Shown here: positions 41,290 through 55,034 of the stretch, one piece after another
How positions within the stretch are numbered: the stretch's first letter is position 1
Layout of the letters: every line of letters starts with the position of its first letter
Source of the DNA: Callorhinchus milii
Lineage: Eukaryota
Reading direction: 5' to 3'
Assembly: GCF_018977255.1 (NCBI RefSeq)
Contig: NW_024704743.1
Coordinates: forward strand, 11,596,001-11,660,000
DNA length: 64,000 nt
Program-made: the position numbers and the translations under genes
Notes under the pieces: generated by a model
What the model was told of the DNA's origin: nothing
The model's input: the letters and a program-made list of their open reading frames with translations, nothing else
Database searches by the model: none

Positions 41290-41800
41290 CCAGGTTACAT
41301 GTTTGGCAACGGAATATCTGAATCGAGCCAGCGGTTCTTTGGCAATCTTGGTAGTCTGGTTCCTGAGCCAGGCGAGTCTGTAGTAGTCCAGGGTACTGCT
41401 GGTGAAAGCACAGCCAGCCTGGCAAGACTTAGAAGGGCAGACTAGTCATTGGGGGCAGAGAATAATCCCACTCAGCTCCTGTTGACTCTGCAAACCAAAA
41501 CCCAAATAAGTAGGGTGGTTTTAGCTGGTCAAGCAGCGGAAAGCTTGCCATACAGTTATATAAATGGCAACCTATGTCGTTTTAGCTGGTTAGACTCCAG
41601 CAGTACCCTAACGCACACTCTGGGTTCCCCGAGCCTAGGCTCTTGTCAAACTGCGCCTAATAGTTTCCGGAATCAGGTAAGTAGGATGTGTCCCTCCAAG
41701 GAGAGTGTGCATTCCATTCCAACAATCTATCTCTGGGATTTCTATGTGCAGGTGGGATACATGGAAATCTTAGCTTGGTTTGGATACTCTGAAGCATGGT
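41290..41800 (+). mobile_element. 3' UTR fragment of the zinc-knuckle LINE family
   Basis: Homologous to 61560-62020, 44085-44418 plus 45320-45460, 46780-47190(-) and ~5790-5870. Confidence 0.65.
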
Positions 41801-41809
41801 GATGCATTT

Positions 41810-43550
41810 TTGCATAAAAACACAGGGTCTTCAGATGGGACTTGAAGGAGGCAAGAGAGGGAGTGAAGCGGAGGGATTGCGGGTAGAGTTCCAGAGTGTG
41901 GGGGCAGAGATGCTGAATGTCCGACCGCCAAGGGTGGGGCGGGAAGTGCGGGGGACCTGAAATAGGTTGGGGTCCGCCAAGCAGAGGGAGCAGACAGTCT
42001 AATATGGAGTTAGGAGGTTGGGGGGAGGGGAGCAAGATCGTGGAGGGCTTTGAAGGTGAAAACAAGGGTTTTGTACTTGATTCTCTGAGGAATGGGGAGC
42101 CAGTGAAGCCGGGCAAGAACAGGGGTGACAGGTTCCCATAGCCTGGTGCGGGAGAGGACACAAGCTGCAGAGTTCTGAATAATCTGCAGATTGTGGAAGG
42201 AAGAGTTGGGAAATCCAATGAACAGGCAGTGGCGTAGTCAAGCCGGGACGTAATGAAAGCGTGGATCAGTCTCGGAGTCCTGCGGTGAGAGGCAGTGGCA
42301 GAGGCAGGCAATGTTGTGGAGGTGTGGAAAGACGGAATGGGTCATGGCACGAATGTGGAATTGAAGGATAGCTGACGGTCGAAAAGGACTCTGAGGTTTC
42401 GGATTGGCTCGGTGAGGTGAAGTGTGTATGAATGGTGGTAGCGTCAGCGGCTGAGGTGAAGAGGCGTTGCCGGGAGTCAAGCAGGAGGGTCTCTGTCTTG
42501 CCAACATTGACTTGATGTCAGACAGACAATTAGCCAGGATATCAATGGTCCTGGAGTCAAGGTTGGAGGCAGTGAGATAGTTGAGTATCATCCGCACGGT
42601 CCCATGTGGAAATTGACCTGGGGATAACATCGCCGAGCGGGAGCATGTATAGATTGAAGAGGGGGCCGAGGACAGAGCCATACATTCTGAAGGACGCCAT
42701 TCGTGACAGTGCGGGGACTAGAGGAATAGCAATCGGTGGCCATGAAGTGCAGACAGTGGGAAAGATAGGGTTGGAACCAGACAGGAACAGAACCACTGAG
42801 GTGGAGGTGAGAGGAGAGGCGGTGAAGAAGAGTGGTCAACAGTATCGAAAGTGGCCAAGGTCAAGAAGGATGAGGAGACAGAGAGAGCCCCGGCCACAGG
42901 TGGACAGAATGTCATGTGTCACTTTGACCAGGGCTGTCTCTGTGCTGTGAGCAGTACAAAACCGAGATCGGAGGGGTTCATGGAGGGAATGCTGGGAGAG
43001 GAAAGAGCGAAGTTGGGAAGCGACGACTCGTTCCATGACCTTTGATAGAAAAGGTTTGAAATGGAGTGATAGTTGGCGAGCAGAGATGGATCAAGTTTTT
43101 TTGAGGGTAGGTTTGATGACAGCTATCTTCAGGGGATAGGTATGGTGTTAGTGGACAGTTGACAATGTCTGTTAGTAGGGGGGTAAGGAGGTGGAGCTGG
43201 GAAGTGGGGAGAGGGGTAGGGATGGGGTCAAGGAAGCAGGTGGTGGGTTTCATATGTGAAATGATGGGAGGTGAGCAAAGAGGGGGAGATAGGGTCAAAG
43301 GTGTGGAGGGAGTGATGGAAGGGGAGTGGAAGATCAGGACGGGGAGCCGGTAGAGGGGCTAGAAGCAGCAGAGCGCATCCTCTCGACTTTGGACTCGAGG
43401 AAATCCATCATCTCCTTGCATTTGGTGTTGGAGGAGAAGATGGCACAGGCATAGGAGGTTGGATGGAGGAGTTGGTTTATGGTAGAAGAGGAGTCTGGGG
43501 TTGTCCTCAGCATCCAAGACGATTTTGGAATAAAAGGATGACTTAGCGAT
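41810..43550 (-). mobile_element. Degenerate L2 (RT and 3' end)
   Basis: [32 protein letters not shown] and AFITSRLDY motifs. Confidence 0.88.
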
Positions 43551-43856
43551 TTGGTAATAAATACTTTGGTAAGTAATTTGGACTAACTAGAATAGAATGC
43601 ACACTACACTGCCATTTTACCACCAGATTTGGGGGATTTGAAGACTGATATCCTGACATTGCATAAAACACACGTTAAGAACTTTTTAAATTAATAAAAC
43701 AGCATTGGATAGAAGAAAGCAGAAATTGCTAAGAAATGTCTCAAGGAAGCCAGCACATGTCTTATGCAAGATTAGCACAGGCATCACCTTTCAGATGTAT
43801 TGTAGACCCAGGAAGTGTCCTCACATCCCTACGTGAAATGGATAGACTTAATGCTA

Positions 43857-44225
<369 letters not shown>

Positions 44226-44418
44226 TTAACCCCGGAAGACAAAGCCCTGGCGGGTAGGGTGGTCCCAGCTGGAGTTTCTGGCAACAGGAAAGTTTGAAAG
44301 CCTAGTATCCCATATGCCCTTTTTACAGCTTTATCTACCTGTCCTGCCACCTCTCAATGGTAAGCTATGCAGTTGTAGCTGGTTAAACTCTAGCAGTCCC
44401 CAATGCACACTTTGGGGT

Positions 44419-45320
44419 CATAGAATCGTACAGCACAAAAAGAGGCCATTTGGCCCATCGAGTCTGTGCCGGCTCTTTGAAAAGAGCAATGAAATGTCAA
44501 TCCCACTCCCCAGCCCTTTCCCTATAACCCTGCAAACCCGTCCTCCTCAAATACCCATCCACCGTGTTTTTAAAAGTTGTTATCGAATTGGCCTCGACCA
44601 CCCTTTCAGGCAATGCGTTCCAGATTCGAACAACTCGCTGTGTGAAGAAATTTCTTCTCACCTCCCCTCTGCTTCTTTTAGATACTATTTTAAATCTGTG
44701 ACCTCGAGTCACCGACACACCCACCAGTGGAAACAGTTTTTCCCTTTCTAACCCATCAAATCCGCTCATGATTTTGAAGACCTCTATTAGGTCTCCTCGT
44801 AACCTTCTCTGCTCCAATGAGAATAATCCCAGCCTCTCGTGCCTTTCCTCATAATCAAGGTCCCTCATTCCTGGTACCATCCTCGTAAATCTCCTCTGCA
44901 CCCTTTCCAATGCCTTAACATCCTTCCTATAGTGTGGTGCCCAGAACTGGACGCAGTATTCCAACTGAGGCCTAACCAGTGTTTTATATGGGTTAATCAT
45001 AACCTCCTGATTCTTGCACTCTATGCCCCTATTTATAAAGCCTAGTATCCCATATGCCCTTTTTACAGCTTTATCTACCTGTCCTGCCACCTTCAAGGAT
45101 TCATTTACCTGAACCCCAGGTCTCTCTGTTCCTTCACCCCCCTTAAGATTGTATTAACAGTCTATATTGCCTCCCCTCATTCTTTCATCCAAAAAGCATT
45201 ACCTCACATTTCTCCACATTGAAATTCATCTGCCATGTGTCTGCCCATTTTACCATTCTATGTCTTCCTGCAGTTGGCTACTATCCTTCTCACTGTTTAC
45301 TGCCCTACCTAACTTTGTGT
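44419..45320 (-). mobile_element. 5'-truncated CR1 inserted into a zinc-knuckle LINE 3' UTR copy
   Basis: ORF 44497..45096 is the intact CR1 RT C-terminus; the host repeat resumes at 45321. Confidence 0.92.
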
Positions 45321-46436
45321 CCCCACCCTTGGCTCTTGCCAACCTGCACCTAATCCTCCATCCCATTGTGCATATTCCATTCCAATAAATATCTTGGGGA
45401 AATTCCACGTGTAGGTGGGATGCATGGAAATCTTAGTTTGGTTTGGATACTCTTATGGATGGTGATGGGCTTTCCATATGTGTCAGACATCTGACTGACA
45501 AAACAATTCATTATTGGTCTGATAAAAATTCACCCACCACAAAGGTTGGAACAGTACTGGAGCCTGTTTCAGCAGGTCACTAATTCTCATGTTCTGCACC
45601 ATCATTAAGGTTTTGAGGAAGACGTTACCAGAACATTACATCACCAAGATCATTGTTTACCACTATGATCCACACTAAATATTCACAGAGCTGTATATTA
45701 AAAATGTTAAAATTCGTAAAGTGGAAGTGAGAAATAGAAAGTATGACTGTCTCATTTATTTTTTGTACAGTATAGCAATTATTTTAATGAAATGCATGCA
45801 ACTAGTTCCCTGTAAACATTTTTCTTCATTCAATGGAGCAACTGACAATAATATAGGATACTGTGGAGTGGTACCAGGTCTCGGGTCACCCTCACCATCA
45901 TCCCCTCCTGTCCCACCCCCTCCTGTTTTGCCAGTTCCTTAACTAAGACTGAAAAAAAGGGGTCAAAACAGAAAAACGTACCTACCTCCCACACCATAAC
46001 ACCATAAAAAAAATACTAACGTAAATCTGTGCACCTTTAAATAATATTAGTCCTCAAATCGTGGCTCTCAAATTATTCAGCAGTGATGCTCCATCAATAC
46101 ATTTAGTCGAACATGCCAGATGGCAGATTAACGCTATAAATACACACTAGAATTCCTGGTAGAACATTATCTTTCCACTCTACACAAATTACTTAAGATA
46201 CACAATGACTTTTTTACATATTTTATTATGCCATTTCTCAATTTTAAGGGAAACAAATCTCTGATTTCTCAATTTTACGGCAGTCCACCTAAAAAAAAGC
46301 TTCAATCTGTTCTTCATCTCAGTCTTTTCTTTGTAACTTAATTTTTAATTCTCTTGGAAGTCCTATTAAGATAGTCTTAAAATAGAGGCAATAAAACATA
46401 GCAAAGTACAGGCACACTTGTAATTGGATGCATTCA

Positions 46437-46562
<126 letters not shown>

Positions 46563-48029
46563 TTAAGGATACAAACTTTTTGTCTACCAAAATGTACAAA
46601 TCACTATCAATCGAGACAGATCATGTATGGAAACATGAAATCTGTCTAACTACTGTATGTCCAACTTGGACCACCCTACGCAACAACAACTTGCATTTGT
46701 ATAGCACCCTTCATGCAGGGTAACGCTTCGAGTTGCTACCCATTAGTGCATTTGATTACAGGGTTGCCTGGAGTCTGACATACACAGAACCCAAACACCA
46801 TGCTTATTCCGTGCATCCCACCTATGCATGATTCCATGAACTGGAAAATAAAGATACATCCTGCTTCCCTAACTCCAGAGAGTATTAGGTGCAAGCTGCC
46901 AACAGCCAAGGCTTGGGGACCCCATTAGGGCGCTGCTGGGAGTCCAAACAGCTAAAACTACATTGCTTGCCGTTAAAAGCACTGTCTGGCAAGCTTTCAC
47001 TCTGCTTGTCCAGGTAAGACCACCCTACCCACTAGGGCTTTGGCTTGCAAGATTAACAAGAACTGAGTGGACAGAATCCATGCCCTCAGTGACTGGTCTG
47101 CCTCTTCCAAGTCCTACCGATGAGCCAGACTGGCTGGATCATCAGTGCACTGGAATGCTGCGGACCCACCTGCTCAGGAACGAGATTACCGATAGCGCCA
47201 GAGGGTTGACTTGATTCCGTCATTCTATTGACAAACATGTCACCTGGGAGCCAGTTCAGTTCCAAGGAGATCCTGCTTACCTCCTCAAGAAGGACGATAA
47301 TCACTATTTGGTCTATTTGGACAAGTGCGAGTTTGAGCCCTCACTAAGTGAATGGCAGGTGCTTGAATCAAAGTTTGTTCGTCTATCAATATTGCAGATC
47401 TGCCTGGCTCAAGTATTGGACTAAAGTGAGTGTCAATACTATATGTTATTTCAGGCCACTGCTTTGAGATCCTGTGCAAGATTTTATTCTAATTTTACTT
47501 CAAGGAATCACCACTCTGTGTTGTGAAGTAAATTGTTCCATGCACTATATGGAATCCACATACGAAGATGCAATGCCAGCACACCATCCCTATTTACTCA
47601 TGGTAGAGACAAAAGCACTATTTAATTTAGTTTATAAATCAAAACCCATTGTAGTCATTTTATTGAAAAATTTCAATGGTCTGATGATAGAAGCAAGGCA
47701 GGCTGAAAACACTTCATCCGTTTTCCATAGTCCAATTTATAAATTGAATGAATGACATTGGTCTGCATTGATGTCCTCTCCTACACTAGGCCCAACAACA
47801 ACAATAAGATTACATTTGTACAGCATCTTTCACGTTGGGAGGACGTCCCAAGGCGCTGGACAGCGTACAGCATTTCAACATACATATTACGCATAAGATT
47901 CCAACCACCTCAGCAGACTGGCTTTCAGCTCTTAGTCCTTACCTACAATCCCTATATGATGAACCTTGTCCCATCTATGTAATCTCTTCCAGTTTCATAT
48001 CCCTGCCTATACACTTCATTCTTTTCATA

Positions 48030-48620
48030 TACAAATTACATTTGTATAGCGCCTTTCAGGTCGGGAGGACGCCCCGAGATGCTGGACAGTCAGGAATTTG
48101 GATCCAAGCAGGGGGGTTGGTATCAGGGATGGTGGAGGGCAGGGAGGGTGGCTGAAGGCACGGTCAAAGAGGGTCTTGAGGCGTGCCTTGAGGGAGACAA
48201 AAGGAATGTGGGATGGGGTTCCAAAGGATGGGGGCAGAGAAGCTGAAGGCCCGATCACCGATGGTGGGGAGGGCCGGGCGGGGGACGTGGAGCAGATGTG
48301 GATGTGGAAGCAGACAGGTTGATATTGAGTTACCAGTCAGAGGTTGGAAGGAGCATGGTCGTAGAGGGCTTTGAAGGTAGAGCCGGGCGATGTTGCGGAA
48401 TTGGGGGAAGGCAGAGTGGGTTAAGGCACGGATGTGGGGTAGAAAGGACAGCTGAGGGTCAAACAAGATGCCAAAGTTCCAGACTGGCTCAGTGAGGCGA
48501 AATGTGATGCTGCCAGTGCCTGAGGTGTGGAGGCGCTGATGGGATTGCTAGTCAGAAATCTGGGGGAAACTCCCTGCATCAGGAGGGCCTCAGTCTTGTT
48601 GATGTTCAACTGTAGAGAGA
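48030..48620 (-). mobile_element. L2 3' fragment
   Basis: LQLNINKTEALL, FDPQLSFLPHI, GDRAFS and LKTLFDRAF motifs. Confidence 0.82.
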
Positions 48621-49222
48621 TGGCAAGTATGCCTGCAAATACGCAATCACTCCACTTTACAGTACAATCCTGTGAAGCTCTTTTGAGATGTGAAAGGTGC
48701 GATATCAAATACAACGATTATTATCATCTACATATACTAATATAACCACTATTAACTAGGTGACTCAGTGGAATAAAGTTGTGAAGCATTAATTAGGCAC
48801 TTCAGGCAGTGCTGACGACTGGAGCCAGCTGGGAAATTACTATATGACATCAACCATCTGGACTGTATATAAGGTCTTAGTGGAAGATGGCACAATACTG
48901 TGGGAGGTTGTTTAAAAAAGAGAAAATTGGGCATTCTTGGGTGTAGCTGGTGCATGTTATACTGCGTTTGCCTGCAGAGGCAAGTCCACTTACTCCAGTA
49001 ACCCATAATGAAATGAAGGGAGTTTCCTCCAAATTTCGGACGAGCAATCCTCCAGAAAATTGGTCATTCACTTCATGGCTGTTTGTGAGAGTCTGCTGTG
49101 TGCAAATTGGCTGCTGTGTTTGACTACAAAAATACAGTCACTAAACTTAATAATAATTTCTGTTGTGCCAGTTTTACATACTGCAATTCAGATTTATAAT
49201 CTGGACATTGTAAACACTATAC

Positions 49223-49288
49223 CTCAGTATCCTTGTACTGTTGAGGGTATTTCTTGTAGATCTTTGCAATTTGGTTTCCTGTGAAACG
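49223..49288 (-). CDS. XYLB: XYLB exon 7 (RFTGNQIAKIYKKYPQQYKDTE), 66 nt
   Basis: ttcacag acceptor, GAG|gtatag donor; RFTGNQIAKIY motif. Confidence 0.96.
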
Positions 49289-49579
49289 CTGTGAAGTGAG
49301 CAAACATACAGAACTTTTAAAAACTGACCTTTTAAAATTCTCCAAATATTATTCTCTCAAGACCAGATTTCAGTTATTAATCGTAAATGTGGTTGTATCC
49401 CCCATGTCTAAAAACAGTTATAGTAATATGCTGTTTTAATAGGTTCAAAATGAAATGTGGATCAATCTCAAAACTATTTGCAGTTTTCCCAGCCAATTGA
49501 TAATTAACAATTTTAGACCATTACAAAGTTACATGACAGTTACCATTGTAATATATTGAAGACTGTAGCAAGTCAGATT

Positions 49580-51830
49580 AAGAACATAAGAATTAGGAGC
49601 CGGAGTAGGCCATTCGGCCCCTCGAGCCTGCCCCGCCATTCGATAAGATCATGGCTGATTTTCTGACCTAACTCTAATTACCTGCCCTATCCCCATATCC
49701 CCTAATCCCTCTATTTTTAAAAAATCTATCAATCTCAGCCTTGAAAATGTTCAAGGATTGAGCATCTACAGCCTTCTGAGTGAAGAAATGTTTCCTCAAC
49801 TCTGTTCTAAAAGGCTGACCCTTAATTTTAAGACTGTGACCCCTGGTTATAGATTCTCCTACCAGGGGAAACAGTCCCTCAGTGTCTACTTTATCAGCCC
49901 TTTAAGAATCTTATATGTTTCAATAAGATCTCCTCTAATTCTTCTGTACTCTAGAGAATATAGCCCTAGTTTATTTAGCCTATCCTCATAGGTCAGTCCC
50001 CTCATCCCAGGAACTAACCGAGTGAATCTACGCTGCACCCCCTCTAAGGCAAGTATGTCCTTTTTTAAATAAGGAGACCAAAACTGCACACAATACTCTT
50101 GGTGCGGTCTCACCAAGGCCCTATACAGTTGCAGCAAGACTTCCCTACTCTTGTACCCTAAACCTTTTGCAATGAACGCTAACATGCCGTTCGCCTTCTT
50201 AGTTGCTTGCTGCACCTGCAAACTAACTTTTTGAGACTGGTGTACAAGGACACCCAAATCCCTCTGAACACTAACACTATCTAATCTCTTCCCCTCTAGA
50301 AAATAATCTGTATTTCTATTTTTTCTACCTAGGTGAATAACTTCACACTTCCCCACATTAAATTCCATCTGCCACCTACTCGCCCACTCCCCTAGCCTAT
50401 CTATATCCCGTTTGCATCATCCTCAGAGCTTACTCTCCCAACCTAGTTTAGTGTCATCCACGAATTTAGATACGTTACATTCAATGTCCTCGTCTAGATC
50501 ATTGATGTAACTTGTAAATAGCTGAGGCCCAAGCACTGATCCTTGTGGCACTCCACTAGTCACATCCTGCCAATTCGAGAATGACCTGTTTATCCCTACT
50601 CTCTGTTTTCTACCCATTAGCCACTTTTCAATCCATGCTAATATGTTCCCATTAATCCCGTGGGCCTTAACCTTGTGCCTTTTGTGTGGCGCTTTATCAA
50701 ATGCCTTCTTAAAATCTAAATATACTACATCTACTGTTCCCCCCTATGTAACCTGTTAGATACATCTTCAAAAAACTCTAAAAGATTAGTTAAGCATGAC
50801 TTCCCTTTTGTAAAGCCATGTTGACTCTGCCTAATCTTGTTATGGTCTTCCAGGAATCCCATAACGACATCCTTAATTAAGGACTCAAGAATTTTCCCGA
50901 CCACTGATGCCAGACTAACTGGTCTACAGTTCCCCATCTTTTCTCTCCCACCCTTCTTAAATAGTGGAGTTATGTTTGCAATCTTCCAATCGATGGGAAC
51001 CGTTCCAGAATCCAGAGAATTTTGGAAGATCAAAGACAAGCCATCCACTATCTCAGTAGCCACCTCTTTTAAAACCCTAGGAAGTAGGCCATCAGCTTCA
51101 GGGGATTTATCAGTTTTAAGACCTGACAATTTACCTAAAACCATTTCTTTACTAGTATTAATTTCCCCAAGTTGCTCGCTAACATTATCTTCTTGGTTCC
51201 CCTCTATTCTTGGTAGGTTTTCAGTGTCTTCTAAGGTGAAGACAGTAGCAAAGTACTTGTTTAATGACTCTGCTATGTCTTTGTCCCCTACTATAATTCC
51301 CCCCGTCTCTGCCTCTAACGGACCCACATTTACCTTTGACAGCCTCTTCCTCTTTATATATCTATAAAAGCTCTTGCAGACTGTCTTTATGTTCCTCGCT
51401 AGTTTGCCCTCATATTCCATTTTCTCCCTCTTAATCACTTTTTTTGGTTCTCCTTTTTTGATCCCTAAAGTTCTCCCAATCCTCGGGTTTACTACTCATT
51501 TTAGCTGTTTTATAGGCTTCTTCCTTTAACTTTATACTTTCCCTAACTGCTCTAGTTAGCCACGGTTGGGCCACCTTTCCCGTGGCATTCTTATTCCTCA
51601 AAGGAATACGTGCTCACTGGGAATTTTGAACTATCTCCTTAAATGTCTGCCATTGTTGGTCTACTGTCAAATCCTTAAGTCTAATTTCCCAGTTTATTTT
51701 AGCTAAATCCTCTCTCATACCAGCAAAGTTGGCTCCACTTAAATTTAAGACCTTTGCTTCGGACTTAACTACTTCTCTCTCTAACTTAATGCTAAATTCC
51801 ATCATATTATGATCACTTTGCCCTGGAGGA
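49580..51830 (-). mobile_element. 5'-truncated CR1 ORF2, same subfamily as 34393-39237
   Basis: ORFs 50731..51438, 50423..50617 and 49886..50368; TTCTTATG-type 3' tail. Confidence 0.93.
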
Positions 51831-52193
51831 ACCTTAAGTTCCAGTTCAAGAAACAGTTTAACCTTTCAGCATTTTGTTCTAAAATACACTAAAGAATCTA
51901 AATATTTAAATCAAATCTTTATGCACCATCTCTTAAAGACTTGCAATTTTTTTCATTTTCACATACAAAGTGGCACACTTCAATGTGATGGTAAGATGCA
52001 AGCCAAGCCCCTTTTAACATTGTTGGTTCCTCTGTATTATGCCTTGGTCCTTCAGCTAGGTTTCTTCATTTTGAAAAATATTGTCTGAAATTATATGACA
52101 TGTTTATTGTTGCTTCACATCCTGTAGACATGATGAGCAATAAGTGAACTAACCCTCATTCTCTTTCAACTTCCCTCTTGGAAACTCTCAACC

Positions 52194-52480
52194 ATAATAA
52201 TAATCCTTGCATTTGATACAGAGCCTTATCACGTCTTCACAGAATATACTGTAAAGTAAATTGACTGCATATTTGTGGGTGAAACGCAGCAGCCATTTGC
52301 GCACAGCAGCGTCCCACGAACAGTCATGGATTGAAGTGACCAATTTATTAGTTTTTTTTCTTAAGTTTTTTTTCAGGCGTGTGGAGTAAAGGAACTTGCC
52401 CAAGGTTTTGCCCTGTCGGGAATCGAACCCAGGTCTCTCGCTTGCGAGGCGAGTGCTCTAACTACTGAGCCATAGGACTC
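52194..52480 (-). mobile_element. tRNA(Ala) SINE, CGC-anticodon subfamily
   Basis: Head CTCGCCTCGCAAGCGAG, Deu segment, L2 tail. Confidence 0.88.
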
Positions 52481-53115
52481 TACCATATAGTAAATCGCTT
52501 CAAATTGTAATTCCTACATGCAGTAACCTTTCATTTGCATTGAATTTGATTTATCAGTAATCAGAATAGGTGCATTTGTGTCGATTTCTCTTTTCAAGAC
52601 CTTGGGTGCCTCCTTTGATTTCACAATTCAACCTACATCTGTAAAATTTATTACCTTGCACTGACTGCTCTATTTAGTTCTAATGGTCCCAGCGTGGACT
52701 TTCCGACACCCCACTGAATACTTCCTACCATTTTAACCTCACTCTACTACCAGTTACTCTGTTTCCTTTCTTCAAAAAATTTACTACACATCTTATGTGT
52801 TTGTTTGGAAAATACTCATTTGGAAGGCGATATGATTTCCCACTGCCAAATGGAAATGTCAAAAAATGTCTGAGGTTGGTCAAACATGATCTACAACTTC
52901 TGAAGTTATGTTCACAAGTACATCACTGAATATGGAACATCGCCAATATTGATTGACTATCAAACTGTTTGTCAGAGCTTCACAATTCTCCTTCCTTTTC
53001 TCCATATGTACCCCAGTGCATAGTTCATCTGTACTAGAAAAATTAGTGTTTTTCAGTTCTTTTAACCTAAACATTTGCACGATTTTGCTTTCTCTAATGT
53101 ACAGGGAATGCAAAC

Positions 53116-53244
53116 CTCATAAGCTCGTGAACCAGTGATTTCAGCAAGTCGTTCTGGTCCTCCAATAGCCTTTTCCAAATTTTGACACTCCGATGACGTG
53201 CTGGAATCCATCCAGATAGGAGAGTCTTTTACAGAAAAACTTGA
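53116..53244 (-). CDS. XYLB: XYLB exon 6 ([43 protein letters not shown]), 129 nt
   Basis: atttag acceptor, GAG|gtttgc donor; PIWMDSST and TGSRAYE motifs. Confidence 0.96.
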
Positions 53245-53329
53245 CTAAATTGAAAGAGGAATAAAACATGAATTGATTTTACCTTTGTTAGATGTAAATC
53301 TTGATTTGTGATTTTCTACACCGTCATTT

Positions 53330-53712
53330 GGAGGGAAGTATACAGTGTGCGTATTAGGTCCACTGTTATTTTCGATATATGTGAATGACTTGGACTTGGG
53401 TATAAAGAGCAATATTTTAAAGTTTTGCAGATGACACAAAACTTAGTAAACAGTGAGGAGGATGGTAGCAGACTGCAGGAAGACATGACAGAACTGGTGA
53501 AATGAGCAGACACATGGCAGATGACGTTTAATGCAGGGAAGTATGAGGTGATGCATTTTGGTAGGAAGAATGAAGTGAGGCAATATACAATAAAAGGTAC
53601 AGTTTTAAAGCGGGTTCAGGAGCAGAGAGACCTGAGGGTTCACAAACAGGTCTTTGAAGGTGGCTGTTAAAAAAAAGCATATGGGATCCTTGGCTTTATT
53701 AATAGAGGCAAA
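53330..53712 (+). mobile_element. CR1 RT fragment filling most of XYLB intron 5
   Basis: VLGPLLF, KFADD-like, EQRDL and ILGFINRG segments. Confidence 0.8.
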
Positions 53713-53741
53713 GAGTTTATTCCTTTTGTAGCTAAACGTAC

Positions 53742-53828
53742 CTCAAGTATGTAATGGAGATAACGATTCGCTGGCATATTTTTCATAGTGTCACTGGCTC
53801 CATCTTTCCAGTACACACTGCCATGTTG
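53742..53828 (-). CDS. XYLB: XYLB exon 5 (QHGSVYWKDGASDTMKNMPANRYLHYILE), 87 nt
   Basis: ttctcag acceptor, GAG|gtacgt donor; QQHGSVYW motif spans exons 4/5; the intervening intron is 85 nt. Confidence 0.95.
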
Positions 53829-53913
53829 CTGAGAAAACAATGATTTAGACTTTTTTTTTAAAAAAGAAAAAAGGAACTATAAATATAATGAATAATGAAT
53901 TTACATCACTTAC

Positions 53914-53994
53914 TTGGGCACTGCCAGACAAGGATTGTACTTTAGTAAAATCAAATTTTGAGTTCTTCATCTTTTCTAGGACCAGATCGAATGC
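53914..53994 (-). CDS. XYLB: XYLB exon 4 (AFDLVLEKMKNSKFDFTKVQSLSGSAQ), 81 nt
   Basis: tttcag acceptor, CAA|gtaagt donor; in frame. Confidence 0.95.
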
Positions 53995-54456
53995 CTGAAA
54001 ATACAGAAACAGATCATAAGCCTAATGGGACGTATGGATTTATCCTTTAAAAGAGAGCTTACGTTTGATGTCAAATCTTTGATTGTTTTTTACAATCACA
54101 CCAAATTGGTTATTGCTGCTTAATAAAATTGCCACAAAAATACCCCACAAACACCATAAGTTGCAATTGTACAACACCTTTTACAAAGATACCTTAAATC
54201 ATGGGGGTCCAACAGTTTGGCTGCTGAGGGCCGGATGCTCTATTTGAAAAACTTCTGCGGACCGCATAAGCAACATTTGTGTGTTTCCCTTCCAGAAACG
54301 CAACATAACTAGCCCAAATGGCTGCCAGTTGACCCCACCCTGACTTAAACTATTGGAGAGCCCAAGAAGGAAAAAGGGAGATTTAAAGATGATGACCAAA
54401 GTGTCAAACAATATTTTTTAAAGGCAGGGAGAGAGGAAGTAAGTCAAAAAGGAGTT

Positions 54457-54790
54457 TAGGAGTCCTGTAGCTCAGTAGGAGTCCTGTAGCTCAGTGGTTA
54501 GAGCACTCGCCTCGCAAGTGAGAGACCTGGGTTCGATTGACGGCAGGGCGAAACCTTAAATTTCCTTACTCCAACACGCCTGATAATAATCCCTCAAGAA
54601 AAAAAACAATAATATAATTGGGCATTTCAATCCACAATTGCTTGTGGGAAACTGCTGTTCGCAATTGGCTGCCGCGTTTCACCCACAAATATAGTCAATT
54701 CACTTCACAGTATATTCTGTGAAGGGCTTTGAGACGTCTAGAAAACATGAAAACGCTATATCAAATGCAACGATTATTATATTATTATAA
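54457..54790 (+). mobile_element. tRNA(Ala) SINE (CGC) with a duplicated 5' end
   Basis: TAGGAGTCCTGTAGCTCAG occurs twice (54457-54475 and 54476-54494). Confidence 0.88.
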
Positions 54791-55034
54791 AAAGGTTTGG
54801 CAAAGTTCAGAAGACAGGTTCAGCCACCAATGATAGGATAGGAGTATACAACAAACAAATCAAAATTATTTGGTATGGAAACGACAAAAGCATTGATGAG
54901 AATTTCAGTAAGTACGTGAAACTGGGCTGAAGCAGTTAATGCTCCAGAGGTGAAGAAAAGCAATCTTAGTCAAGACCAAGAATATACTGTTTGAAACAGA
55001 GCTTCTGAAATAAATGCTGCAGGTTTTACAATAG

